Assembly: GCF_016433145.1 (NCBI RefSeq)
Contig: NC_058132.1
Span: 249,324,074 to 249,388,073 of the forward strand
Source: Gracilinanus agilis
Taxonomy: Eukaryota
Length of the DNA stretch: 64,000 nt
Direction: 5' to 3'
Shown: piece after piece, positions 12,913 through 26,262 of the stretch
Position numbering within the stretch: the first letter of the stretch is position 1
Layout of the letters: every line of letters starts with the position of its first letter
Made by a program: the position numbers and the translations under genes
Notes under the pieces: model-generated
Told to the model about the DNA's origin: nothing
The model's database searches: none
What the model saw: only the letters and a program-made list of their open reading frames with translations

Positions 12913-13974
12913 TTTTTAAGGTTCTGAAAATCATATGACTACTCAAGATTCTATCTGCAGCCATCCTCACTCTGGGCACTATCAATTGATGCCAACAAGG
13001 AATGGCATGTGTATGAGAACATGAAGCTATTTGTAGCAAAGAAAATAATGCATTCCCAACATCTTAATCATCACTTACATCACTCACATTCTTGCTGCTC
13101 CAGATTAAAGGAATGTTTAAGGAAGAATGTACTGTGAAATGTTGATCCCGGAAAAGGGTGGAAAACAATAATGATTCATTGATCTTACCAAACAAAGCAT
13201 GATAAGTGCACCATTAATAGGGCCAAATTTGAAAAGGATAGAGCAGTAGGAAATGGCAGCCTAGCATCAGAATCTGGAGATGCTGGGCCTATAGGACTCA
13301 TTCTGAAGCCAAGGGCAGGTGGAAGTGGAAGAGACATGTCCATGCACAGCAAGGTATTTAAAGCCTTAAGGACATGAAGCATTCTTTACTGAGAACAGAA
13401 ATGACCAATAAAGAATCTAAGCTTTGTTACATTCCTACTGGACAGGGCATGTAAAGGTTAGTCTATATATAGTAGGATGCCTAAATAGTTTTTATATAGT
13501 GATCTTAAGTAGTAAGATAGCAAGTGGAGTAAACAGAGGAAGACTGGTAAAGATACACAGAAGAAAAATTTTGAATGATGATGAAGCTGCATGTTGCTGA
13601 GGGGAAAAGGTAACATAAGGGCACACTGATTGAGCAAAGTTATTATGATGCTCATGAAGTCTGGAGGGGCATTAGTCCCAATGCCAATAAAGTTCGATAA
13701 AAAATAGTTGTAGTCATAAGCTAAAGAACAGCATAGTAGTGCTGAGAAAATCGAGTGGAGTGGACAGAGTACTAGATTTGAAGTCAGGGGACTATCATTA
13801 ACTATGACTGCTAAGTCATATTACTTTCTCTCTTTAGGTCCCTTATATGTAAATTGAAGGAGTTGGCCCTCTGACCCTACTCCTAAGGATCTACGAGTCC
13901 ATGAGTTGGCATTACTCTTCCCTGCAGCATCTGTCTAATTAGGTAACAGCTCTTTTTTTTAAAGACTATTTTTT

Positions 13975-14590
13975 GAGGGGATGTCCCTCCATTGGGGAAT
14001 GAATGAACAAACTGTGGTATATGATGGTGATGGAATTGGGGAATGAATGAACAAACTGTGGTATATGATGGTGATGGTATATGATGTGTGATTAGGAATG
14101 ATGAATTGATGGATTTCTAGAAGAATTGGAAAGAACTACATGAACTGACATGTAGTGAAATAAGCAGAACCAGGAGAACATCATACACAGAGATTGTAAC
14201 ACTGTGGTATGATCAAATGCAATTGACTTTGCTACTAAAAGCAGTGCAAGGATCCGGGACAATCCAGAGCGTCTTATGAGAAAGAATGCCATTCACATCT
14301 AGAGAAAGGACTGTGGGAGTTGAAATCTAGAAGAAAATATGTGACTTATCATTTTTTTATATGGGTATGTGATTTAGGTTTTTGGTTTGAAAGGATTTCT
14401 CTTTTACAAAAGTGAATAATATGGAAATGGATTTGAATGATTTTATATATACAAAACCCTTTGAAATGGCTTGTCAACTCCAGGAGTGGGTAGGGACAAG
14501 GGGAGGGAGAAAACATGAATCATGTAACCATAGAAAAATTTTAAAAACTAAAAAAAAGAAAAAAGAAAAGAAAATTAAAAAACAAAACAA
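13975..14590 (+). mobile_element. 5'-truncated L1 3' end with an internal 44-bp tandem duplication
   Basis: L1 ORF2 C-terminal and 3'UTR sequence (gaacaaactgtggtatatg...aagcagaaccaggagaac) with A-rich tail at about 14545-14600. Confidence 0.85.
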
Positions 14591-15774
14591 AACAAAACAA
14601 ACTATTTTTTGGAGTCACATAGAGGAATCACTAAATACAAAAATTCTATGCGAAGAATATTTCAACTTAACAAGCCTGATTCTTCAAACTTCCAAGTCAA
14701 TGTCCCTCCTCCACAGGGTTGTTGTGAGGTTCAAGTGAGATAATATATGTAAAGTACTCTGAAAACCTGGGAGCAACTATATCATTGGTAAGAATCTAGT
14801 TAGCCATTGTTAGCCCTATCAATCATTATTGAATTTGCAAAGCTAACCAGATTTGACAGGACAAGACCTCTAATTTCTTTTTTCTGTCAAATGGGTTTTA
14901 ATGTTATAGTTCACTCAAGGCCAATACCATGTTCTGTTTTGAATAAGTACTATTGATCCTCTTCTCAGTCACTTGTCAGTTTCTCTTCCTCTTATCGAAG
15001 AGAAAGTGGTTTGTTCTTTTTTCTTAGTTAAGTATTTAAAGTAACTACAGAAACCCTGGATGGCCTTTGTTTTCAAATGCAATGCTAGTAACTGAAGGTC
15101 CTGAAGTGTTTTTCCAGGAGCTGTAATGAGTTCTGAAGACAGTGAGTGTGATGGCCTTGGTATCAAGATCACACAGCAATCTGATGACCCACAAAGAGCT
15201 GACACCAGGAAGTTTCTGGGTTCAAGTTTTGCCTCTGACATACTAATTACCATCTTGCAAGTTATTTAACTTTTAAGTGCCATGGGGAACTTTCTCTTTT
15301 TTAAACCTTGTTTTTCTCAGTATATTTTATTTTTATCTCATCTTCATTTCTCATATATCCACTGGTACTGCTTCCCTCCCCCACCACCCCAGGGAGCCAT
15401 CTCTTATAACAAAGATTACAAAGAGAAAAAAATTTCGGCAAAGCAGTATATGGACTATGTCTGACAGTATATATAATAGTCTACTCCCATAGTCCCCTGC
15501 ATCTGCAAAGAGGAGAAGAAAGTCTAAGGCATTTCTAAGACAGTGACTTATGGCAAGTGTCCAATAAATAGAGGAGAGTCTCACACTTTGAAAGATACCA
15601 AAGGTCTCAGAACAACAACCACCACCAACTAACCAACCAACTAACAGAAAACTAGGCATATTTTCAAGATGTCGAACTGAAAACATGAGGCTGTGTGATA
15701 GATAATAATTGAGAAGTATAAAGACTGACCATGGCTTCAAATTCATAGATACATGTACTTCTCTTGTATTTTTT

Positions 15775-15965
15775 TAAACCCTTACCTTCCATCTTAGAAT
15801 CAATACTGTATATTGGTTCCAAGGCAGAAGAGCAGTGAGAGCTAGGCAGGGAGGGCCAAGTGACTTGCCCACATCATACAGCTAGGAAGGATTTGAGGCC
15901 ATATTTGAACTCAGGACTTCCCAATTCTAAGCCCAGGGCTTTATCCACTGAGCCACCTACCCTCC
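15775..15965 (-). mobile_element. MAR1_Mdo-type CORE-SINE
   Basis: cccttaccttccatcttagaatcaatactgtatattggttccaaggcagaagag. Further copies at about 16540-16735, 26620-26790, 31445-31635, 34440-34615, 41912-42110, 53070-53255, 57870-58050 (-) and 19355-19545, 28570-28745, 58645-58815 (+). Confidence 0.85.
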
Positions 15966-17151
15966 TCTGATGTTTTTAACATTAGTTGTCTTGACAGGAA
16001 CCCAGGGTAAACTGACATCAAAGGTAGAGTAGAATCAGGAATACTAATTGAACTTCAGATGGGATCTCTACTTAACCTTGTGAGTAATTATCACTATTTC
16101 CTAAGCAGCCCCCAAAGAGTCCCATGCTGAGTATTATGGGCATTAGACTGAGATAAGCTATTTTCAAGGCGCCCGCTCCCAGCTGAGATCTGAAGTTTCT
16201 GAAGCACGACAGCCAAAGGGGCTGGGGCCAAATCTGCCAAACTGTGGCATGAAGGATGAGACAAGCCCAATTTCTTATCCCTTTCAAATCAGTTCATTAA
16301 CCACACCACACAACTTCTGATGGCAGGCTCCCATTGACACAGGGTCAGAATAGCCTCTAAACTAGAAAGGACAGGAATACTGACTACAGACACAGGGGAC
16401 AGGAGCATTCACTTTCCCCCATCAACTTCCAGCTCCCAGCTGTAAACTAGCTTAGCTTTACCACCTTCCCTCAGAAAAGTACATGCAGTAATCATGCAAC
16501 TCAGACCTGGAATCATTCTTTTTAAAATTTTATTTATAAAAATCCTTATCTTCCATCTTAGAATCAATACTATGTATTGCTTCCAAGGCAGAAGAGTAGT
16601 AAGGGCTAGACAGTGGGGATTAGATGACTTACCCAAGGTCACACAGTTAGGAAGTATCTGAGCGCAGATTTAAATCCAAGACTTCTCATCTCTAGGGCTG
16701 GCTCTCAATCCACAGAGCCATCTAGCTGCCTCATCCTGACATCATTCTTACAAATCTAAGGAGTTGTGATGTTTAATAAATGTCAAGTAATGAAAATGCC
16801 AGTTTTGCTCACTAAAGAGAACTGGAGTAGGGAGAAAGGGTAAAATTTCACACTGAAAGTCCTTTACCATCTAGCCCGTCTTACCATAAAGTTTTAGTTA
16901 TTATGGATCAGTGGTTTTCATGCCCCAGGATATCAGAAGAATCTTAAGCATTTCTTTTCGAAAGCCAATTGTCATCCAAATAAGGACATGGTAAATGCAT
17001 TAAATCATGTCCAATATTAGCAAAGCAAAACAAAAACTGTTCAAGGTCAGAGTGGACAATGGTCAGAGGGCTCAAAGACACAAGGATTAGATGAATGAAT
17101 TTCTTAACTGAAATATGCAGCGATTGTTTACACCAATGAACTGATATGCCA

Positions 17152-17559
17152 AAAAGGATCTTAAAACTTTTTTGTGTCATGGACCCCTTAGGCCAGGGGT
17201 CGGCAACTTATGGCTCTCCAGCCATATCTGGCTCTTTTGAGGGCCAGATATGGCTCTTTCTGCAGGAGCCATAAAGTCAGTTATTTTTCAGGCACTGTTA
17301 CAGGAGTGCACACTGTGAGCACTGTACGGCTCTCATGAAATTACATTTTAAAAAATGTGGCATTTATGGCTCTCATGGCCGAAAAGGTTGCCAACCCCTA
17401 CCTTAGACAGTTTGGTGAAGTCTATGGGACCCTTTTCAGAATAATTTTTAAATGCATAAATAAAATACATAGGATTACAAAGGAAACCAATTAGATTGAA
17501 ATGGTTATCAAAATTAAAAAAAAAACACAAATTCATAGACCCCAGATAAAGAACCCACA
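17152..17559 (+). mobile_element. Charlie4a-like hAT element split by a younger hAT MITE
   Basis: ttttgtgtcatggacccc|...|cagtttggtgaagtctatgggacccttttcagaataat...ggattacaaaggaaaccaa...cccagataaagaaccc. Confidence 0.75.
17194..17400. mobile_element. hAT MITE, family A, second copy (opposite orientation to 11357)
   Basis: TIRs CAGGGGTCGGCAAC / GTTGCCAACCCCTA; TSD ccttaggc/ccttagac. Confidence 0.93.
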
Positions 17560-18529
17560 GACTATGTGTACCACTGCCATTTCTTAGGGAAACTACATTA
17601 GCACAGGAATCTAAGGGCTTCCATTGACTTCTTTTGCATTTAATTGTAGAGTAAGTTTCCCAGCCAGTTCCAGTCTTAGTTTTTCAGACAGGCTGAGGTA
17701 AAGCATCCTTCTTGAGGAAAGAGATTTGGAGTCAGGGAAGGAACACTGCATTTGGAGTCATAGGAACTAGATGTGAATCCCAGCTTGCTATCATTGACCA
17801 TCGGTAAGTCATTTCACTTCTGGGCCATCATGTCCTCATCTGCAAAAAGAAGGGCTATCTAATAAAAAAGAAGAGATAATCTGTCAGGTCACTTCCAGCT
17901 CTAACTGATGATTCTGAGTTTAGATATATTCTTCTCTGAGTTAAATGTGTATTTGCATGAAGGGGGCCATAGAGCTTTCTTGGAAAAGTCATGAGCCTTG
18001 ACTTTTCATTACCAAAAATAAAGCATAGAATTTAATAAAATAATAATCATAGCATCAGCTCACATGTAGACATGCTAAGGTTGGTAAAGCACTTTCCCAA
18101 AGAGACCAAGTAAAGTTGGTATTATCAAATATCAACATCTTCATTTTAGCTATAAGGAAAGTAAAGTTAAGTGACTTGCCCATTGCTAGCAACTGTTAGA
18201 GCTGGGACTGGATCCTGGGGTCTATGAATACCAAGTCTAATGTAATGGTCTTTGAACTATTTTATACTATTTCATAATATTCACATTCTCAGGGCAATTA
18301 CATGATCCCATTGATTCGAATGCTCCTTCCATTGATCTTAACCCATTTCTGTTCATATTCAACCATCAGTTCACCATAGAAGAGAGTCTATTCAACGTCT
18401 TGGAAACACTTTCTTGTTTTTGTTTGATACTGGGAGGGTATGAGAGGAACACATTGGTTGTCTACTTGTCATCTCTCTCCTTTGCCACATCACCAGCCCA
18501 TCTTTTCTTCTGATCAAATGATTCTTTTT

Positions 18530-18723
18530 TTTTTATTTTTTTTATTTTAAACCCTTAACTTCTGTGTATTGACTTATAGGTGGAAAATTGGTAAGGGTAG
18601 GCAATGGGGGTCAAGTGACTTGCCCAGGGTCACACAGCTGGGAAGTGTCTGAGGCCGGATTTGAACCTAGGATCTCCTGTCTCTAGGCCTGACTCTCAAT
18701 CCACTGAGCCACCCAGCTGCCCC
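18530..18723 (-). mobile_element. SINE1_Mdo-type young SINE
   Basis: Full head ggggcagctgggtggctcagtggattgagag; tail tacacagaagttaagggtt plus poly-A; TSD caaatgattctttt on both sides. Confidence 0.92.
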
Positions 18724-19109
18724 CAAATGATTCTTTTACAACATTTTTATTCTCATTTTTTTCAGTGTTATTTATTATCTGCCTACCTGCCACCATGTTG
18801 TCCATTCACATTCACAGCATCCACATGCTCCTTGGGTGATAAAAAATTTTTAAACCCTTACCTTCTGAGAGAGAGAGATTATTTTGCTAGGTATACCAGA
18901 TGGACAGTGAGCTGATCCCAGGGCAAAATTATAGGAGCAGAAAAGGCAGGAATCTGTTAAGTCCTCATGTGACTGCTGAGAGCTGGGTAGGCAGATAATA
19001 CTACCTTAATTTCACAAGTAAGGAAAATAAAGCCTCGCAAAGTTAGGTGACAATCCTTCTAAACTCTTGTATGCCAACAAAGAACCTAGTGCTTATGAAG
19101 GGTTTATGA

Positions 19110-19220
19110 ATCTAGTCTCTTCTCTTCCTCTTCTTCCTCTTCTCCCTCCTTCCCTCTTCCTCTCTCTCATTCCCTTCTTTCTCTTCCTCCTCTTCTCCCT
19201 TTCCTCTCCCTACCTCTCTG
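19110..19220 (+). repeat. CT-rich low-complexity tract
   Basis: (CTCTTC)/(CCT)-like degenerate repeats. Confidence 0.8.
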
Positions 19221-21944
19221 CTCTCATCATTTTAATGAAAGTATATAAATGTAATGGAAGCAGGGAGTCAGAAAATTTGAATTTTTAATTAATAAAATCA
19301 TTTGAGGTCATGAATAATTTAGATAAAAATTGCTATCAAGTGTAATGGTACTAAAGGCAGCTGATATCAGAGTAGAGTGCCAGGCCTGGAGTTGGAAGGA
19401 CCTGAGTTCAAATCCAACCTCAGATACTATATGGTCCTGGGCAAGTCACTTAACCCCAGTTGCCTAGCCCTTACTGTTCTTCCATCTTAGAACAGATAAT
19501 TTGTATCTAATACTTAGTTAACTGATATTTAGAAGTTAAGGGTTTTTAAAAAATGTAATGGTGTTAAAATTTGAAGAGTTAAAATACAGGGGACAACACA
19601 ATTTGTCCAAGTAAATCCAAGGTTATAGCTATTTAAAAAAATCCTTCTGGATTGTGAAAGGATTTGGAGGGGTTGGGATAAGTAGGGGGGGTAGGGTGGA
19701 GAGTGTCCCACCATGATCAAACCTTAGCATCTAATGAATAGTATCATTAATAATTTTCAAATGAAGATTTTTATATATTGGTCATTTTGGACAATGGAAA
19801 TAAGAATCAATTAAAAACTATTGAAATTGGGTTATGTAAAAATATAAAAAGAAGTTCATTAAATGTAATGTAGATAAATGCAGGAAGTATGGTGTAGAAA
19901 GAGCTCAGGATCACAAAAGACAAAGATAAACATCAGAATTATAGTATAGTATTATGAAGAATATGTCAAGAGTCTTAGAGTGGGTTTAAACTATTAAAGT
20001 TTAAAAGGATGAATGCATATTAAAACTAAAAGAATCCTTTCAAGTACCTGCAAGTTTTTTAAAAATATACAAATGCCATGGAAAGAGCTTTTCTCTCTTA
20101 CTTGCTCCTACACACAAGCAGTCACTATGGCCTTCTGATTCTGCCTCCTCTATGATTGGCATCTATATCTTCTTGTCAATTGCTATTATTCCAAGCCCTG
20201 GTTTGCCTTGGAATATTGCTACAGTCTCTTACCTGGAATTCCTATCTCTAAATATCTTATCCCTACAAACTGCATAGGACTACTAGATTAATCTCGCTAA
20301 GGTAGCTTGTGGCTACAAGCATGCTAACTTCTTTCTCTAAAAACCTCACAATGTATAAAATAAAGCCCAAGTTTCTTAGCCTATCATTCAAGGTCTTCTG
20401 CAAAGTGACCTCAACTTATCTTTCTTCATTCTCATTAGACTGAGACCTCCTTGAGAGCAGGAAGGAACTGTCTTTTGCCTTTCTTTGTATACCCAGCACT
20501 TAGCATAGTATCTGGCACATCATAGATACATAATAAATGTTTAATGACTAATTAGATAATTACTTTATATACCCTCTACTCTAATTAAACCAAACTATTT
20601 GATAATTTGCCATAGCTAAAGCATATCCCAACTTCTATAGGGAGACTATCCGAGCCTTCCCTCTTTTAAAATACATCATAAATATGTTTAGATATATGTA
20701 CAATATATGTGTTTTTGTGTGTGTATAATATATGCTATATGGGAAATAATATAGACACATGCATATATGTCTGTGTATATATTCTGCCCCTGGAGTCAGG
20801 AAGACTCATTAACAAATCTAGCCTAAGACACTAGCTGTATGACCCTGGGTAAGAAAACTTCAAATGAGGTCACAGAGTCAGACAGAACTGAAAAATGACT
20901 GAATAACAACAAAATACATTTACGTATTTGTTTGATTGTTGTCTCCCCTACTAAGCTGGGAGTTCTTTGGAGAACTATATTTTGCCTCTTTTTGTATCCC
21001 CAGTACTTAGCATAGTGCCTGACACAATAGTAGGCACTCAATAAATATTTATTGACTGACTGACAAATAATATATATAACCACTTCCTAAAATATAATTC
21101 CTCTCCATCATTCTATTTAATTAAATCTTACCTATCTTCAAGGCACAATACAAACAGTATTTCCTCCAAGAATTCATTCTAGACATACATATATATGTAG
21201 TAGATACATGCACATACATACACATACATATATACACAAGCAGGAGGTAATCTTTTCTCCCTATCCAGGCATTTGTTTATTCTACTCCTTTAACAACATC
21301 TACTTTATATTAAAGTTACTTATTTGTATATTATAGTAAGTAACCCCTTTCTGGCTGGTAAGTAACTTCTACCTGGCTATGAGTTCTTTGAAAGCAAAGA
21401 CTGAGTCTAATTTCTTTTATTTGCAAGAAAGTACGGTCCCATCATTGTTTACTGATCTAGTGAATGGTTAAATGAGTGAATGAATGAACCACAAAAACCA
21501 AACTAATGCAGAAAAGAAAATACTTTTCTGAACAGTTATTTTGATACTTTATCTAATTTGGATTCTTGTAAATGAAAAAGACTTGAAAAATTAAAATAAC
21601 AGAATATTTTTCATCTTTTGGCAATGACCCAAAAGAAAAAAAAGAAAGAGCTGGAAAAAATTACAAAAATGAAATTATTCAGCCTAAGAGAGGTCAGCGT
21701 GGTAAAGCAATTCATTAATAAATATTTTTAGTGGTTTGGTAATAAGTGCTTTCATAAACATACTTCAGCATGTTGTTTTATAATATGATTTTAGATGTTT
21801 ATTAATTCTTACATATTAAGTATAAAGAGATACTACTAGCCATTTCTATTGAGGGCAATACAAGGGAATTAGATTCTGAATTACAGTTCAAATTTAAACT
21901 TCATCAAAAAAATTCAAATTAGAAATTAAGAAAAGGATTTTCTC

Positions 21945-22340
21945 ATGATGAGGATTGTGGAACTTACTGCTAAGAGAAGTTGAATTCAGTAAGTCAAAGA
22001 CCCAAGTTAACCCCAAAGGACTCGTGATAAAAAATGCTATCCCCCCAAAAATGCTATGCCAAAGAAGGAACTGTTGGAATCTGATTGCAGATCAAAGCAC
22101 ATCATCTTTCATTTTATTTCCTTCAAGAGTTTTTTTTTTTTGTATGTGGGATATGTGTCTTCTTTCATGGCATGGGGAATATGGAAATATGTATTGCATG
22201 AAAGCACTGGTATAACTTATAATAGATCATTTACCACCTCAGGGAAGGGAGGAGGAATGGAGAGAATCTGAATCACAAAATGTCAGAAAAACAATTGTAT
22301 GTTTCTACACATAATTGAAAAAAAATTAAAATGTCCTGGA
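21945..22340 (+). mobile_element. Old L1 3'UTR fragment
   Basis: aactgttggaatctgattgcagatcaaagcacatc...gggaagggaggaggaatggagagaatctgaatcacaaaatgtcag. Confidence 0.7.
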
Positions 22341-22445
22341 AAAAAGAGAAGTTGAGGAATGTTAATAAAAGATATATATGCCTCTTTATCTAAGATAGTT
22401 TGGGTAAGTGGTAGTTGTTGAATCATTTTCGTCATGTCCAACCCT

Positions 22446-22566
22446 CATATTGGTGGTAGACTTAGTACATGCAGACAACTTGGTTTACTAGCTCAAAACT
22501 CCTGAGCTCAAGCAGTCCACCAGTCTCAGTCACCCCAGTAGCAGGGACTACCACAGGCTTGCATCA
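22446..22566 (-). mobile_element. 7SL-RNA-derived SINE or pseudogene (P7SL-like)
   Basis: Minus strand gcctgtggtagtccctgctactggggtgactgagactggtggactgcttgagctcaggagttttgagct...actaagtctaccaccaatatg aligns by eye to the 7SL 5' ~130 nt. Confidence 0.8.
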
Positions 22567-23997
22567 GTATGTAAGGCCAAAAAGAAATATATAAAGAAAT
22601 TAATCATCACATGAAATTTCAGTTTAATATATTTGGAAAACAAATCTGTGGTTAATATTATTATATTTAAATCTCTACCTATCCCACCTAACACCTATTA
22701 TGCTCCCAAATTCTTATCATTTTATTAATTTTCTCCTATTACCTCCCCTTTATTACTAGCAACTACCTCTTAGAAACACATACAACTATAGAACCTTGAC
22801 AAAAAAATTGGAAGTTCAGCATGAGAAAAACATAAAATATTCACAAATAAAAACAGTTTAAAATTCTTGCTTAAAGTTGCAAATATCTGCAGTATCTGTA
22901 TTCATCTTCATACAGTACTTTTCCCAGGATGAATCTTGAAGAAGAAAAGAAAGAACCCTAAGCAAACTGATAAATGAAATTTATGGGTTGGTGCAGCTCT
23001 TATTTTTTCTCTGACATTTGTATTTTTGTTAACAGTTTAAGCATTAGAGTGTTCTACAAATGTAACAAATGCAGGCTACTACAAGAATTACTGGATGTAA
23101 AAAGCAAAATTTTCCCCTTGGCATGAATCATGGTCATTTCCTTCTTGCGACCTGGAGAATTTTATATGCATATTTTATAACAATACAGTAGGAGCGAGGT
23201 ATCTGTCACTAAATTTTTAAAAGGGATTTTAGGCAAAGCACACTGTCATTTCTATTATTGGAAAATGTTCCTTGATTCCTTTTACAGGAACAACATATCA
23301 AAATGACTTGCTCAGAGGGAAAAAAATTACTTCTTAAATTGACATCTTAATGAAAATTGCTGCTTCTGTCTTTTCCCACCTCCATACTGACGCCTGCCTC
23401 ACTAAACAGGGAACTTGGGGTATTTATAATTCTCATCTTTACACACCTGCACAACACAGTATGCCTCAATACCAAGGTGGCTGTCAAAATACAAAAGATT
23501 TAATGTAGTCATAAATGCTCGTTGAATTGAATTGAATTTTGGGGCAAGTGTTTTGGCAGATTCTTACTCTCAATTTTCTAGTTTCTTCCAGATCACAGCA
23601 AGCAAAATATTCAGGACATGTATTTTTAGGCTTTCGACTTCTACTTTTAAGATAATAACAAAAACTCTACACATTTTTGTGATTAAGAGTTTGATAAAAT
23701 CTAGCATTTTAACACATCTCCCCAACATTCACACATACACATATTCATGGAAGGTTTTATTTTCTTCTTCAAGACTGCAGAAACATGCTGCCAAGTAGTC
23801 TATAATTCAGGTAAGGAATCGGGTGGACCAACTTTCCAAGTATTTTCATCGCTATGGTCTCTGAAAAGCAGTTTCTCTTGGAAGAAAAAGATTGAACAAA
23901 GATCTTAATAGTTCAGGTCTGAAAGACATTTACATCAAAACCAGGTAGAGTGGTCCAAACCTGAGCAGCCAAGCGACAAACTATGCACGATGGATGT

Positions 23998-24241
23998 NNN
24001 NNNNNNNNNNNNNNNNNNNNNNNNNNNNNNNNNNNNNNNNNNNNNNNNNNNNNNNNNNNNNNNNNNNNNNNNNNNNNNNNNNNNNNNNNNNNNNNNNNNN
24101 NNNNNNNNNNNNNNNNNNNNNNNNNNNNNNNNNNNNNNNNNNNNNNNNNNNNNNNNNNNNNNNNNNNNNNNNNNNNNNNNNNNNNNNNNNNNNNNNNNNN
24201 NNNNNNNNNNNNNNNNNNNNNNNNNNNNNNNNNNNNNNNNN
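23998..24241. other. Assembly gap (244 N)
   Basis: Run of n. Confidence 1.
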
Positions 24242-26262
24242 TTCTCAGGATGAGAGGTGAAGCTGGAGAGCACATTATTTAGAGGGAAAAAAAGATTCGT
24301 CTTTTTGTTTTAGGGATTGAACTTACACCATTCAAAGGTTATCATTTAGAATTTCTCTTGCTTCTTTCTTTCTCTCTCTCTGCCCCCTTCACTTCGCTGG
24401 TTGGAGAGAAACACAATCCAAAATGCCAATTTAAGGCAGGATGGAAAACTGACATATTGTGCACAAAAGGATTCTAATTTTAATGTTTGGGTTTAAAACA
24501 TAATTAGAAAGGACTGTTATCTGCAGGATCTTGATCTTGGTATTGGATTCCTTTTTGTTGTTGTTCTAGCTGTGAATAAGCCAAAAGGGTGGGGGGGCCA
24601 GCAGCAACAAGCCCTGCAAAAGAAAGCTACCTCTCTATTCTCTCCCAATGCCTCTGGGGCATCCGTTTCCCCTAAAAGTGGAATGCAGGCTGCCATTCAG
24701 AAAGATAGATCATGCTGCTTTTGCACCAGCTAATCTCTGAGCTGACACTGTTAAGGTATTCAGTGACACTTATTCCAGAAGACCCTTGCTAGTTTAGCAT
24801 ACTGGGCTGCTGCTATTGAATATATAAACAAAAAAACCTAGAAAACCATTCCCCCTTTTCCCATTTTGATCCCTAAATTTTCTGCAGAACAATGAAGTCC
24901 AACATCAGTCTGTCAGCCAGAAGCTTTACCCTGTAAGAAGTTAGTTCTTAAAAATCCAAATTAATGAAAGTTAGCAAGCAAATAAGCTATCATTAGAGCT
25001 CTAAAAGACTCATCAGGATAATTTGTAGATCATCTACATTTTGCAGATGAGGAAACTGAGGCACAGAAGGAAAGTGATTTGCCCAAGATTATGCAGCTTG
25101 TATGAGACATGATTACAATCTAGATCTCAGAAGAGTTCTCAGAAAATTGCTTCTCCTTTCTAAGTTGAATGAATGGAAAGAGGTATCTTACTTTTTTGTT
25201 TTTTATATTCCCTACTCCACTGTGCCTTTACTTTTTAAAATAAAAAAGTATAAACTTTTCAACATGCTAAGAAAAAGCGAAGAAATGGCAGTATATGTGA
25301 AACTCTATGCCTAGGTCACAAGGGGATTGTGAAAATGGTGTGTTTTGCAAGGTCATCACTGTCCATGTGGAAGAAAAAGAGACTGTAGTATGGGGCAAGG
25401 AAGAACATAAAAACATTAGGGAAAACTTAAAAGAATAGAATATTAAAAATGCTCTGTGAAGGAAATTGTGGAAGAAAAATTGAGGGAGTCACGTGAAGAG
25501 ACTAACTAGATAACATGTCAAATACTGCTTCCTTTAATAAGGAGGTATACAGCTCCCAAATTCCATCAACCACAAACACCTCTGCAGGTCTCTCAATTTT
25601 AGGATCCTCTGCAGGAATATGGACTCACTATAGGTTATGCTATAAGCCCTGCTTAATTGTCTATTCATTTGGGTCTCTTTTAACTCTTTGCCATGTCTTT
25701 ACTCTTTCACAGATTTAGGGAAAGGGCCTCCTTCCTGGCAGCTTCTGTCAACAAAATCAGTCTTATAGTTTTTCATGTTCCCAATCCTCCATCTATTTTC
25801 ATGTCTCACCTTTTTGTTGTTGTTGTTGTTTTTTATTTTTTTACTAATGTAAACAACTCTAGTATCTGCATTGCCTTCATCCATGAGGGGATAGATAACT
25901 AATAAAACAAGTACATTTCTATACACTCTGCTTCATCCTTAAATTTTAATACTTAAAGACAAAAATATATGATATTTTAAAACTGGGTTCTCACTATTTC
26001 AGGTGCACAAATAACTGGTTTCATTTTAACAAAAAAATTTTACTGAAAGATATATCTTGCCACCCAAAAAACAATTTAGAAAATTCTTCAGAAATGGCCC
26101 ACTCTTTGCTGTAACACTAATTGGTCGATATCAAGGAAACCAGTTAAATACACTGACATTTCAGTTTTTTTCTAGATATTTTTGGTTTAGGTTCCTTTTT
26201 ATTTCTAGTTCCTACCTTCCATTCCAATCAAATTCTTCCAGTCCTTTTTCAAAACTCATATA

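Noticed and set aside
12920-13720. Unique stretch tested as a processed pseudogene or endogenous viral element
   Set aside because: Hand translation of several frames gave frequent stops and no recognisable motif; no poly-A or TSD. A tBLASTx search would settle it.
23913-24282. ORFs spanning the N run
   Set aside because: Artefacts of N codons; the flanking peptides do not match ZAK exon 3.
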